DNA of 64,000 nt from a bacterium (GTDB taxonomy: Bacteria; Bacteroidota; Ignavibacteria; UBA10030): contig JAZDJN010000087.1 of assembly GCA_043803945.1 (NCBI GenBank), forward strand, positions 317,126 to 381,125. The letters run 5' to 3'. The position numbers and the translations under genes are program-made. The notes beneath the pieces were generated by a model that saw nothing but the letters and a program-made list of their open reading frames with translations, did not search any database and was not told the DNA's origin. Positions 9,592-18,757 of the stretch are shown piece by piece (position 1 is the stretch's first letter; each line of letters opens with the position of its first letter).

Positions 9592-10425
9592 TTACTCGGC
9601 TTTGCCAAGCAATTCCGGCAGATTGCTGCGATATCCCCGGCTCATTGTTAATTGTGTGCCGTCTTTCAGAATAACAACGTAGTCGCCATGAAACCAGGGC
9701 TGCAATTCCTTAATCCTATCGATGTTAACGAATGTGGATCGATGAATGCGAAGGAATTTCGATTGATCGAGTTTTTTCTGAATCCCGTTCATTGTTTCAC
9801 GAACCAGGTGCGACATGCTGCCCATATGCAACCGCACATAATTTCCCGATGCCTCGATCCAATCAATATCGTCCGTTTTGATGAAAAATATTTTCCCCTC
9901 CGATTTGACTGCGAGACGGTCTATCATTTTCCCTTTCGCCTTTATCTCACCGAGAAGCGAGAGCAATTTTTCCGAGAGTGCTTGTGCCTGGCCCTTTGAT
10001 AGCTGCTGGCGGGCTTGCTCCACGGCATTGTGAAACCGGTCGCGATCAAACGGTTTGAGCAAATAGTCGACCGCATGCACCTCGAACGCACGAATTGCAT
10101 ACTGGTCGTACGCCGTCACAAAGATGACCGCTGGAAGGTGTTCCTTCTGCAGGGCATTGAGCACACCGAATCCGTCAAGCTCGGGCATCTGAATGTCGAG
10201 AAAGAGGAGGTCGGGTTTTTTCGATCGAATCATCTCAACGGCTTCCTGTCCGTTTGTACATTCTCCGATGAGTTCTATTCCCGTTTCTTTCTTCAGCAAA
10301 TTGACAATTTTCTGTCGAGCAGGCGGTTCGTCATCAACGACAAGAGCGCGTATTATCTTTTGTGGTTTCACGCAGAAGTTCTTTCGTCTGTGGTGGATGG
10401 TTGCTGCATTGTTTTGACGTCTCAT
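9592..10425 (-). CDS. LytTR-family DNA-binding response regulator
   Basis: Receiver VVDDE, FLDIQMP, FVTAYD and YLLKPF. LytTR domain IEASGNYV and FLRIHRSTFVN. The true start may be further in. Confidence 0.93.
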   Translation of the reverse strand: MRRQNNAATIHHRRKNFCVKPQKIIRALVVDDEPPARQKIVNLLKKETGIELIGECTNGQEAVEMIRSKKPDLLFLDIQMPELDGFGVLNALQKEHLPAVIFVTAYDQYAIRAFEVHAVDYLLKPFDRDRFHNAVEQARQQLSKGQAQALSEKLLSLLGEIKAKGKMIDRLAVKSEGKIFFIKTDDIDWIEASGNYVRLHMGSMSHLVRETMNGIQKKLDQSKFLRIHRSTFVNIDRIKELQPWFHGDYVVILKDGTQLTMSRGYRSNLPELLGKAE

Positions 10426-10565
10426 ACATCGTAAAGTTTCATGCCTCCAAGGAACAACTCTCCGGGATTGTGCACTCCAGGGAACCAGTTGAAAAGAATA
10501 GAAAATAATGTAACCACGAAGAAGACACGAAGGAAAAAACGAAATACCTTTAAATCAATTTACGT

Positions 10566-10781
10566 ATTTACTCAGCACATTCAAAAGTCCATCGTGTTTT
10601 TTTTCTATATCCCCCTTTGCCAAAGGGGGGTTGGCCCGCTCCGCCGAAGCGGGAGCGAGGCTGGAGGGGGATTTCTCGGAAATCTGCAAAATATTTCTCG
10701 ATCATATCTTCCGACATGCGGACAGAATGAATATCAAATCCCCCTTACCCCCTTTACGAAAGGGGGAATTTACTTAGCACA
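10566..10781. repeat. REP-like doublet element flanked by 14-bp direct repeats
   Basis: Palindromes CCCCCTTTGCCAAAGGGGG (10611-10629) and CCCCCTTTACGAAAGGGGG (10748-10766). Inner inverted pair GGGGGATTT (10666-10674) / AAATCCCCC (10736-10744). Flanks ATTTACTCAGCACA and ATTTACTTAGCACA. Confidence 0.7.
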
Positions 10782-10785
10782 CGTA

Positions 10786-10951
10786 CTAGAAACCTGAACG
10801 AAAAGTCCAACCACGAAGGACACTAAGGACTCGAAGATTAAGAAAGAGAAAAGAGCTCTTAAAAATTTAATCAATTCAACAGCTTTTCCTTTGTGTCCTT
10901 GGTGAACTTTGTGGTTTGATTATGTTCTTAACTTTTCGTCCATGTTTCTAG
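10786..10951. mobile_element. 166-bp MITE-like element with 21-bp terminal inverted repeats ending in CTAG
   Basis: CTAGAAACCTGAACGAAAAGT versus the reverse complement CTAGAAACATGGACGAAAAGT (19/21). A second, internal 28-bp inverted repeat (10809-10836 / 10889-10916) matches at 22/28. No coding capacity. Confidence 0.7.
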
Positions 10952-11071
10952 AACGTTTACAAGGGAAGTAAAATTACCTATATTCATCCGAAACGAGCGA
11001 GTCCAAGGTTCAAGAACAATTCATTGGCCTCCAGATCGACGCATAAAACAAGAGAGGATTAACGAAGAGTT

Positions 11072-12082
11072 GTGATAGAGACGAAGAAGATGCAAATCTC
11101 TCCCGATCATCCCGAGCTGGAAATTATCGAGTATGCCGCAGGGGTATTGCGAAATGGAGGAGTCGTTGCTTTTCCCACCGAGACAGTGTACGGACTTGGT
11201 GCGGATGTTTTGAACCTCGATGCCGTTCGAAAAGTCTTTCAGGCGAAAGGCCGCCCCTCAGACAATCCTTTGATTGTCCATGTTGCGCCGAAAATTGACC
11301 TTGAAGAGATCATTGATGAATACCCTGAGAAGGGTGTGCTGCTGGCACAGAAATTCTGGCCCGGACCGTTGACGCTTGTTGTGAAGCGAACAATTCTCAT
11401 CTCCGATCTTGTCACTGCATCGCTGGATACCGTTGCCGTTCGAATGCCCGCTCATCCGGTGGCCCTTGCGCTGATCGATGCACTCGGTGAGGGATTGGTT
11501 GGGCCTAGCGCCAATATCTCCGGGCGCCCGAGTCCAACAACCGCTCAACATGTCTTGGATGATCTGAGGGGAAGAATCGACCTCATTCTCGATGCCGGTC
11601 CGACAATAATTGGACTCGAATCGACTGTGGTCGATGTGACCATTGATCCGCCGGCAATACTGCGGTTTGGAGGATTACCTCAGGAACTGATCGAAGAGTG
11701 TATCGGACCTGTACAGATCGGGTTGACAAGCGATTTGCAAAAGCGTTCACCCGGCTTGCGGCACCGCCATTATGCACCCCGTGCAAAAGTTGTTCTCATC
11801 CGGTATGAAGATGAAGCAGGATTCGTGGAACAATTGCAGCATTATCGACTTCAGGGAAAGCAGGTGGGGAGTATCATCAATTCTGCATTGCTGGCGAGAG
11901 TTGAGTCAGGATTGTACAAAAGAGCGTTACCATCCTCTATCGAAGTATTCGCACGATATCTTTTTAGAACGCTCCGTGAGTTGGATGCCCTCGGTGTTGA
12001 TGTAATTCTCATTGAAGGAGTGAAAGAAGAAGGTTTGGGAGTCGCTGTAATGGATCGGTTGCGAAGAGCCGCGCAGGATTAA
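11072..12082 (+). CDS. sua5: L-threonylcarbamoyladenylate synthase, Sua5 type with C-terminal domain
   Basis: VAFPTETVYGLGA, KGRPSDNPLIVH, PSANISG and SPGLRHRHYAP. Confidence 0.95.
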   Translation: MIETKKMQISPDHPELEIIEYAAGVLRNGGVVAFPTETVYGLGADVLNLDAVRKVFQAKGRPSDNPLIVHVAPKIDLEEIIDEYPEKGVLLAQKFWPGPLTLVVKRTILISDLVTASLDTVAVRMPAHPVALALIDALGEGLVGPSANISGRPSPTTAQHVLDDLRGRIDLILDAGPTIIGLESTVVDVTIDPPAILRFGGLPQELIEECIGPVQIGLTSDLQKRSPGLRHRHYAPRAKVVLIRYEDEAGFVEQLQHYRLQGKQVGSIINSALLARVESGLYKRALPSSIEVFARYLFRTLRELDALGVDVILIEGVKEEGLGVAVMDRLRRAAQD

Positions 12083-12132
12083 GACAAGCTCTAGTCTTTA
12101 CCAAATTTTGTTTGGTAGCCCCCACCATAGTA

Positions 12133-12504
12133 TTAGATCTGCCAGAGCCTCTCAATGGCTGCATCGAGTGTTGGCAGAAAGAAAATCTGATTTCTCCTAT
12201 TACTCTCCAGGATGAATGCCTGAAGGCTCACACTTGAGTATTTTGAGAAGTTGCCCACCATGGCGATTTGGACCATATAGTTTGTGAACTTCTGTAAAAT
12301 TTCACCTGCAAGACCTGTGCTGAGATTGAAAAAATCCGATGTAACATTTTCTTCGTGAAAAATTATTTTCCTTGCACCATGATCGTCCGCGGTCATCATA
12401 ATATCCAAAGCCTCCTGAACATTAGAGAGAATAACTCCCACTGCTTGAATTTCTGCTATCGTTAAATGATTTCTCTCATGGAGTATGATGGTCATGGAAA
12501 TCAC
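12133..12504 (-). CDS. DUF4180 domain protein
   Basis: FFNLSTGLAGEILQKFTNY and FILESNR signature. Confidence 0.85.
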   Translation of the reverse strand: MISMTIILHERNHLTIAEIQAVGVILSNVQEALDIMMTADDHGARKIIFHEENVTSDFFNLSTGLAGEILQKFTNYMVQIAMVGNFSKYSSVSLQAFILESNRRNQIFFLPTLDAAIERLWQI

Positions 12505-12754
12505 TTCCTTCTGGACTATTCCATTTTCGTAGAATACGCAGTAGATCCGAGTGCGATTTGCGCCCTTTCATTCCGAATCCACCTCTCTTGTGTTTAAGGT
12601 GCAGATTTTATTGAAGGTAATTAAGAATTTGTGAAAAAAAAGGGAACAGATGGGCAACTCTCGACACAATGGAACATAGTTTACTCGGGAGTGTTCTTTT
12701 GGAATTTTTGGTTATATTAATACCCCATTTTGACAAAGACACATAAGGCTGCAA

Positions 12755-13471
12755 ATGACCCATTTGAATGTTGAAATCATAGAACAATTTGCCCGTTTAG
12801 ATCCGCATCGTGAAAAACGAACCGGTATCCCTGAAGCGGTGTTTGCCGAAGGGAAAAGCTGCAGGCAGGTTATTGCAGCAGTGCGGAGACTCGCTGAAAA
12901 ATCTGGCTCAGGGCTCGCAACACGTGTTGAAAAGAAATGTGCCAAGGAAATTTTAAAAACACTCAAAGTCAAATTCCAAGTTCATTACAATGCCATTGCC
13001 CGTACTGTAGTGGTTGCGTCGAAAAAGAGGCAGCGAATCCTCGGGGGCACAATCGCCGTCCTGGCAGCAGGTACATCGGATCTGCCTGTAGCCGAGGAGG
13101 CAAAGGTGACCGCTGAGATGATGGGATGTACTGTTCTCGCCTATTACGATGTGGGTATTGCAGGAATTCACCGTCTCTTAGATCCATTAAGGGAGATTCA
13201 TCTTCAAGATGTTGCCGCTCTGGTTGTTGTGGCGGGAATGGAAGGAGCTCTCCCATCGGTTGTTCGAGGGCTCGTCGCTGTTCCTGTGATCGGTGTACCG
13301 ACAAGTACGGGGTATGGATTTGGCGGGCAGGGGAAAGGCGCTTTAATGACTATGCTGCAATCGTGTGCACCGGGATTGACCGTGGTGAATATCGATAATG
13401 GATTCGGCGCCGGCGCGACGGCGGCATTGATTGCGAATCGGCTGGCAGCAGCATCAAGGGAAAAGAAATAA
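12755..13471 (+). CDS. larB: Nickel pincer cofactor biosynthesis protein LarB (PurE-like)
   Basis: RLDPHREKRTGIPEAVFAEGK, AGTSDLPVAEEA, DVGIAGIHR, AGMEGAL, PTSTGYG and VVNIDNGFGA. Confidence 0.92.
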   Translation: MTHLNVEIIEQFARLDPHREKRTGIPEAVFAEGKSCRQVIAAVRRLAEKSGSGLATRVEKKCAKEILKTLKVKFQVHYNAIARTVVVASKKRQRILGGTIAVLAAGTSDLPVAEEAKVTAEMMGCTVLAYYDVGIAGIHRLLDPLREIHLQDVAALVVVAGMEGALPSVVRGLVAVPVIGVPTSTGYGFGGQGKGALMTMLQSCAPGLTVVNIDNGFGAGATAALIANRLAAASREKK

Positions 13472-13495
13472 TTCCACAGACAATACGGAGAGAGT

Positions 13496-13978
13496 ATGAA
13501 ACAGTCTATGGCATTGGTTGGTATCATGGTTGGAAGCAGTTCCGATACAGAAGCGATGGAGCCGGCCCGGGTAATACTGAAAGAATTCGGCATTGCATTT
13601 GAGTTCAATGTCCTCTCGGCGCATCGCACACCGGATCACGCATTGCGCTACGCTGCAGAAGCTGAAGGGCGGGGGATTGAGGTGATTATTGCTGCGGCAG
13701 GCGGTGCAGCTCATTTACCCGGTGTAGTGGCAGCGAAGACTCTCCTTCCGGTCATTGGTGTACCGATTAAATCGAAAGCCCTCAATGGCCTCGACTCGCT
13801 TCTCTCCATCGTTCAGATGCCACAGGGAATCCCCGTGGCAACAGTCGCGATTGATGGAGCTGGTAATGCTGCTCTTCTTGCCATTGCGATCCTCTCTGGT
13901 AAGTATCCGGAGCTGAGAAAAAAAATTCTTGACTACAGGAAGAAACTTGAAGAAAAGGTTCTCAGCGCAAACGGCTAG
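13496..13978 (+). CDS. purE: N5-carboxyaminoimidazole ribonucleotide mutase
   Basis: [15 protein letters not shown] and [14 protein letters not shown]. Confidence 0.96.
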   Translation: MKQSMALVGIMVGSSSDTEAMEPARVILKEFGIAFEFNVLSAHRTPDHALRYAAEAEGRGIEVIIAAAGGAAHLPGVVAAKTLLPVIGVPIKSKALNGLDSLLSIVQMPQGIPVATVAIDGAGNAALLAIAILSGKYPELRKKILDYRKKLEEKVLSANG

Positions 13979-14240
13979 CGATTGAGCGATTTTATGGTAT
14001 GATGTTCTTTCTCATTTATTCCAATGGATTAAGAACCTTTTGAGTGACGCAGGGTTATTCTCGAATTAGAGAATTATCGTGGTGCCGCGAATGACAGGGA
14101 GCAACAAATCTCATATCCATCCTTAATGAGAGCAAATAACACAAAATGAGATTGGTAAAACATTTTGAATCGATGATATCTTTTAAGTACATTTATCTGT
14201 CATCAATTTCTCCCGAAAAGAATAAAGGGGTAAGCCGCCG

Positions 14241-14888
14241 ATGAGACTCGACCATTTTATTCAAAAACTCCTACCGCATGATGAGATGTTTTATACCTAT
14301 TTTGAGCAGGCAACACAAAACTTGGTACGTGCAGCAGACCTGTTAAAGCAGCTTATTTTGGAGACTGATCCCGCCATACAAAAAAGCCTGGTGGATAGAA
14401 TAAAAGATGTGGAACACGATGGCGATGATGTTGCCCATAAAATCTTCTCGGAGTTAAATGCAACATTTGTTACACCCTTCGATCGAGAGGACATTCATCA
14501 CTTGACATCCTCGCTCGATGATATTCTGGATCAAATGAATGGATGTGCAGGGAGAATTACTTTATATAAGATCAACGAGATTCCAGAGTCCATGCATCGG
14601 CTTATCGATATTCTTCGATATTCTATCAAAGAATTAGATCGGGGTGTCACACTCCTTCGAAAATTGCACGAGTCCGATGAACTCCAGCAGGTGTTCAAGA
14701 AAGTCAATGAATATGAGAATGACGCAGATGATGTTTTTGAAGTCGCAATTGCCGATCTTTTCGAAAAGGAGAAAGATCCGATACGCATCATCAAATTAAA
14801 AGAAGTATTCGTCGGCCTTGAGACTGCTACCGATAAGTGCGAGGATGCTGCAAACGTTCTTGAAGGAATTTACATAAAACATGCTTAG
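14241..14888 (+). CDS. DUF47/PhoU-like phosphate transport regulator
   Basis: FVTPFDREDI, ENDAD and LETATDKCEDAA; lies upstream of pit. Confidence 0.9.
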   Translation: MRLDHFIQKLLPHDEMFYTYFEQATQNLVRAADLLKQLILETDPAIQKSLVDRIKDVEHDGDDVAHKIFSELNATFVTPFDREDIHHLTSSLDDILDQMNGCAGRITLYKINEIPESMHRLIDILRYSIKELDRGVTLLRKLHESDELQQVFKKVNEYENDADDVFEVAIADLFEKEKDPIRIIKLKEVFVGLETATDKCEDAANVLEGIYIKHA

Positions 14889-15020
14889 CGCTGCAAACAG
14901 TGATTCGCACTGTACAGTTCGATCGAGTAGCCATCGAACACGTTCTGCCTGCTCAGGTCGATCAAGCCTTATCTTCACCAACTGATAACGACGCCAATAA
15001 TTTTCTCTGGATTCGTCAAT

Positions 15021-16004
15021 ATGACTCTCATCATCACTGGAATATTCATAGCGCTTGTCTTTGATTTCCTGAATGGGTTTCATGATTCAGCAAACTCGAT
15101 TGCGACGATTGTCTCTACACATGTTTTGACACCCAGGAAAGCGGTTCTCTTTGCTGCTTTCTTTAACCTGGTCGCAGCGTTTATGTTCGATGTCCATGTA
15201 GCTAAAACTATTGGAAAAGGCCTGGTTGATTTGAAGCAGGTCAATGAGTTTGTCCTCCTTTCTGGTCTGATTGGTGCCATCGTCTGGAACATTATTACTT
15301 GGTATTTAGGGCTTCCGACAAGTTCATCCCACGCACTCATGGGAGGTATGGCGGGGGCGGCCATCGCAAAAGCAGGATTCGGTGCTATCCTATATAGTGG
15401 ATGGACTATGACAATCATTTTTATTGCTGTTGCACCGCTTATGGGGATGTTGATGAGCTTTATCTTGATGGCAAGCCTCATGTGGATATTCCATAATCGT
15501 CCATCTGCAAAAATTAATAAGACATTTCGAAGACTCCAGCTACTTTCTGCTGCACTTTACAGCCTGGGTCATGGCACGAACGATGCGCAGAAAACCATGG
15601 GGATTATTACCGGCATGCTTGTCACCGCAGGATTTCTCTCGACATTTGAAGTCCCTTTTTGGGTTATCTTATTATCGCATACTGCAATAGCACTAGGAAC
15701 ACTCTTTGGTGGATGGCGCATAGTCAAAACAATGGGTCAGAAGATCACGAAGCTCAAGCCGTCAGGAGGATTCTGCGCTGAAACGGCTGGTGGCATAACA
15801 CTGCTTGTTACGGCATTCGCAGGTATTTCTGTGAGTACAACACATACCATCACCGGAGCAATTATGGGGGTTGGGGCAACGAAACGGCTTTCTGCAGTAC
15901 GCTGGGGTCTGGCAGGAAATATTATTACAGCGTGGATTCTTACAATTCCACTTTCCGGATTGGTCGGAGCAGTATCCTATCTCGTTATCTCGTTGTTTCT
16001 TTAG
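15021..16004 (+). CDS. pit: Inorganic phosphate transporter, PiT family
   Basis: NGFHDSANSIAT, GLPTSSSHA, HGTNDAQKTMG and VSTTH. Confidence 0.93.
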   Translation: MTLIITGIFIALVFDFLNGFHDSANSIATIVSTHVLTPRKAVLFAAFFNLVAAFMFDVHVAKTIGKGLVDLKQVNEFVLLSGLIGAIVWNIITWYLGLPTSSSHALMGGMAGAAIAKAGFGAILYSGWTMTIIFIAVAPLMGMLMSFILMASLMWIFHNRPSAKINKTFRRLQLLSAALYSLGHGTNDAQKTMGIITGMLVTAGFLSTFEVPFWVILLSHTAIALGTLFGGWRIVKTMGQKITKLKPSGGFCAETAGGITLLVTAFAGISVSTTHTITGAIMGVGATKRLSAVRWGLAGNIITAWILTIPLSGLVGAVSYLVISLFL

Positions 16005-16018
16005 CACCAAAGGATTAT

Positions 16019-16038
16019 ATTTCGTCAGACAACGAAAT
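16019..16038 (+). promoter_or_regulatory. Putative ArsR operator 1
   Basis: Palindrome ATTTCGT-CAGACA-ACGAAAT immediately upstream of arsR. Confidence 0.65.
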
Positions 16039-16046
16039 GAGAAACG

Positions 16047-16400
16047 ATGGCAACCTATAAAGAACTGGCTGAATTCTATTACGCGATAGCAGACCCAAAG
16101 AGAACTAAAATATTGAATCTCTTACGCGTGCGATCACTCTGTGTTTGTGAAATTACTGAATTGGTGGGATTGGCGACCTCAACAGTCTCTGAGCATCTCA
16201 AGATTTTAAAGAAAGCAGATCTCATTCTGCAGGAGAAGGATGGAAAGTGGGTTAATTATACTTTGAATCTCAAGTCACGGAAGAACCATGTAGCAGCACT
16301 CCTTGCCAACTTCGACACTGTGCTGAAATCCGATGAATTTGTGTCACACGATGCGCAACTCGTCCAACGCGTAGACCGTTATAAACTCTGCTCCATCTGA
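16047..16400 (+). CDS. arsR: ArsR/SmtB transcriptional repressor
   Basis: ADPKR, LCVCEI metal site, STVSEHLKILK and GKWVNY. Confidence 0.92.
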   Translation: MATYKELAEFYYAIADPKRTKILNLLRVRSLCVCEITELVGLATSTVSEHLKILKKADLILQEKDGKWVNYTLNLKSRKNHVAALLANFDTVLKSDEFVSHDAQLVQRVDRYKLCSI

Positions 16401-16416
16401 TTTTTTTTGCCTTATC

Positions 16417-16436
16417 ATTTCGTCTGATGACGAAAC
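16417..16436 (+). promoter_or_regulatory. Putative ArsR operator 2
   Basis: ATTTCGTCTGATGACGAAAC, a near-copy of operator 1, upstream of the permease. Confidence 0.65.
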
Positions 16437-16457
16437 AAGGAAGACTGAAGGCCTCCT

Positions 16458-17759
16458 ATGAATTGGAAAGAGGAAATAAAATATTTGGTTTGGATTGTCG
16501 GCGGTTTCGTTCTTGCATTTTACCTTCCGACAAGCAACCTTGTTTTTCAAAATGCTGTCAATGAATCTCTTGCATTACTCAAATGGTATGCGCGGGAACA
16601 TGTACTGCTCTGTTTAGTGCCGGCGTTTTTTATAGCCGGTGTGATTTCTGTATTTGTCAGTCAAGCGGCAGTGATTAGATATTTTGGAGCCCGGTCGAAG
16701 AAGTGGCTTGCCTACCTCGTGGCTTCAGTTTCAGGAACAATCCTTGCTGTTTGTTCATGCACAGTGCTGCCGCTATTCTCTGGAATCCATAAGCGTGGGG
16801 CGGGGCTCGGTCCGGCGATTGCATTTCTTTATTCCGGTCCGGCGATCAACATTCTAGCGATTATCCTCACGGCGAGAATTCTCGGACTTGAGATGGGTGT
16901 CGCACGAATTGTTGGCGCTGTTTCTTTCAGTGTAATCATCGGTTTGATCATGGCGTTTATTTATCGAAAAGAAGAACAGATGAAAGAAGAGCAGCAGCTT
17001 GCACTTCCGGAAGTGGAAGAAAAGCGCCCGCTCTGGCAAACAGCCACACATTTCTTCATTCTCGTTGCCATTCTCGTTTTCGCAAACTGGGGATCGCCAG
17101 GAACAACAGATGGTTTCTGGTATAGCATCTTTGCCAATAAGTGGTACATCACTGTTCTCTTCAGCGTTGGATTTGCTCTTTCACTCATATTCATCCTTAA
17201 GCTTGGGAAGGATCAGGTACTCCTCGCTTCAATTGCAGTCCTCCTCGCCTCAATCATTTGGGGATCGAATCCCATGATACCGTTCATCGTCGCTGTCCTT
17301 GCGACATCAATTATTCTTACGAGGTCTAAGGGCGAAGGAGAGGAATGGATGCATGAGACATGGTCATTCGCAAAACAGATATTACCGCTTCTCGCAGGTG
17401 GTGTGCTGCTTGCGGGGTTTTTACTTGGGGGGCCAATCACAAAACAAGGTATTATCCCAAATGATTGGATTGCATCACTTGTCGGTGGGAACAGTCTCTT
17501 TGCGAATTTTTTCGCCGCGATCGTCGGTGCATTTATGTATTTCGCAACACTGACGGAAGTACCGATTGTCCAAGGCCTGATGAATGGCGGAATGGGAAAA
17601 GGCCCGGCATTGGCACTGCTGCTTGCCGGCCCGGCATTATCCTTACCGAGTATGCTTGTCATTCGTGGTGTAATCGGCACTCAGAAAACAGTTGTCTACG
17701 TTTCCCTTGTGGTAGTCATGGCGACAATAAGTGGTATGATCTTCGGAGCGTTATATTAA
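16458..17759 (+). CDS. ArsP/DUF318-family permease
   Basis: AREHVLLCLVPAFFIAG, AVCSCTVLP, YSGPAIN, YFATLTEVP and LLAGPALSLP. Confidence 0.88.
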   Translation: MNWKEEIKYLVWIVGGFVLAFYLPTSNLVFQNAVNESLALLKWYAREHVLLCLVPAFFIAGVISVFVSQAAVIRYFGARSKKWLAYLVASVSGTILAVCSCTVLPLFSGIHKRGAGLGPAIAFLYSGPAINILAIILTARILGLEMGVARIVGAVSFSVIIGLIMAFIYRKEEQMKEEQQLALPEVEEKRPLWQTATHFFILVAILVFANWGSPGTTDGFWYSIFANKWYITVLFSVGFALSLIFILKLGKDQVLLASIAVLLASIIWGSNPMIPFIVAVLATSIILTRSKGEGEEWMHETWSFAKQILPLLAGGVLLAGFLLGGPITKQGIIPNDWIASLVGGNSLFANFFAAIVGAFMYFATLTEVPIVQGLMNGGMGKGPALALLLAGPALSLPSMLVIRGVIGTQKTVVYVSLVVVMATISGMIFGALY

Positions 17760-17816
17760 GAGAAGTGGTTCTGAGTTACACGGACTATTCGCCTAATTCA
17801 AGAAAGGAGCAGATGT

Positions 17817-18062
17817 ATGCTTGATATCAAAGTCCTTGGTCCTGGTTGTGCAAATTGCCATAAAGTTGAAACACTAGTTCGTGAAATTGTGTCTGAGCAT
17901 AAGATTGAGGCGACTATTGAAAAGGTAACTGATAGAAACCGCTTTCTCGACTATGGTGTGATGCTGACTCCCGGCCTCTGGGTCAATGGAAAACTGTTGA
18001 GCAGCGGTAAGATCCCTACGAAAAGTACAATGGAACATTGGCTGCTCGATGCTGCGAAGTAA
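17817..18062 (+). CDS. Small thioredoxin-like redox-active disulfide protein (MTH895/ArsE type)
   Basis: IKVLGPGCANC and YGVMLTPGL. Confidence 0.9.
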   Translation: MLDIKVLGPGCANCHKVETLVREIVSEHKIEATIEKVTDRNRFLDYGVMLTPGLWVNGKLLSSGKIPTKSTMEHWLLDAAK

Positions 18063-18084
18063 TTCATCGAATATGGAGCGATTG

Positions 18085-18324
18085 ATGAAAGTACAAATTC
18101 TTGGTACTGGTTGTACAAAATGCAGAACGCTGGAGGAACGTGTACGGCAGTTGGCAGCGATACATCAATTGCCTGTCGAAGTTGAAAAGATATCCAATCT
18201 TCATGAAATCATGAACTATGGAATCATGATGACACCCGGCCTGGTAATCGATGGTGTTGTTAAAAGTGTCGGCTCAATCCCTAAGGATGATCAATTGCTT
18301 ATTTGGTTGAAAGGAACACAATAA
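18085..18324 (+). CDS. Second MTH895/ArsE-type thioredoxin-like protein
   Basis: MKVQILGTGCTKC and YGIMMTPGLVIDG; tandem paralogue of the previous gene. Confidence 0.9.
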   Translation: MKVQILGTGCTKCRTLEERVRQLAAIHQLPVEVEKISNLHEIMNYGIMMTPGLVIDGVVKSVGSIPKDDQLLIWLKGTQ

Positions 18325-18755
18325 TGGCAAGACAACTTCTGTCAATTATGGTAATCCTCATCATCTGCAATCTGGTTCTCTCTGCCCAATCGAAGAAATT
18401 ACAAACGAAGAATACACAGGCACCGATCGTGAAAGATTCAAACAGCACAACGGCCAGTCCTCTAGTCACTTTTGTCGAACTTGGCTCGGTGACCTGCATT
18501 CCCTGTCAACAAATGCAGCCGGTGATGAAGGCTATTGAAGAAAAATACGGTGATCAGATTAACATTGTGTTCTATGATGTCAGAAAAACTGATCAACAGC
18601 GATATGCGAAACAATATAAAGTGCGCGTAATCCCAACCCAGGTCTTTCTGAATAAGGAAGGAAAGGAGTTTTTTCGTCATGAGGGATTCTATCCAGAGAA
18701 GGAGATCGATCTCCTTTTGAAAAAGCAAGGTTTGAAAAATCTCAGCGGTGAATAG
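18324..18755 (+). CDS. Secreted thioredoxin-family protein
   Basis: Signal peptide, CIPC motif, IPTQVF and RHEGF. Confidence 0.88.
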   Translation: MARQLLSIMVILIICNLVLSAQSKKLQTKNTQAPIVKDSNSTTASPLVTFVELGSVTCIPCQQMQPVMKAIEEKYGDQINIVFYDVRKTDQQRYAKQYKVRVIPTQVFLNKEGKEFFRHEGFYPEKEIDLLLKKQGLKNLSGE

Positions 18756-18757
18756 AT

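Noticed and set aside
10441-10797. 118-aa ORF containing IPLCQRG and IPLTPFTKGG
   Set aside because: It is a translation of the REP-like palindromes, with no protein features.
10512-10951. Possible CRISPR array
   Set aside because: The repeats are inverted and nested rather than regularly spaced direct repeats, and there are no cas genes.
14186-14207. Pho-box-like CTGTCAT upstream of DUF47-pit
   Set aside because: Only one good half-site; the 11-bp partner is weak.
14898-14941. Two small hairpins between DUF47 and pit
   Set aside because: The 6-7-bp stems lack a U-tract or recognisable motif, so they are too weak to call.
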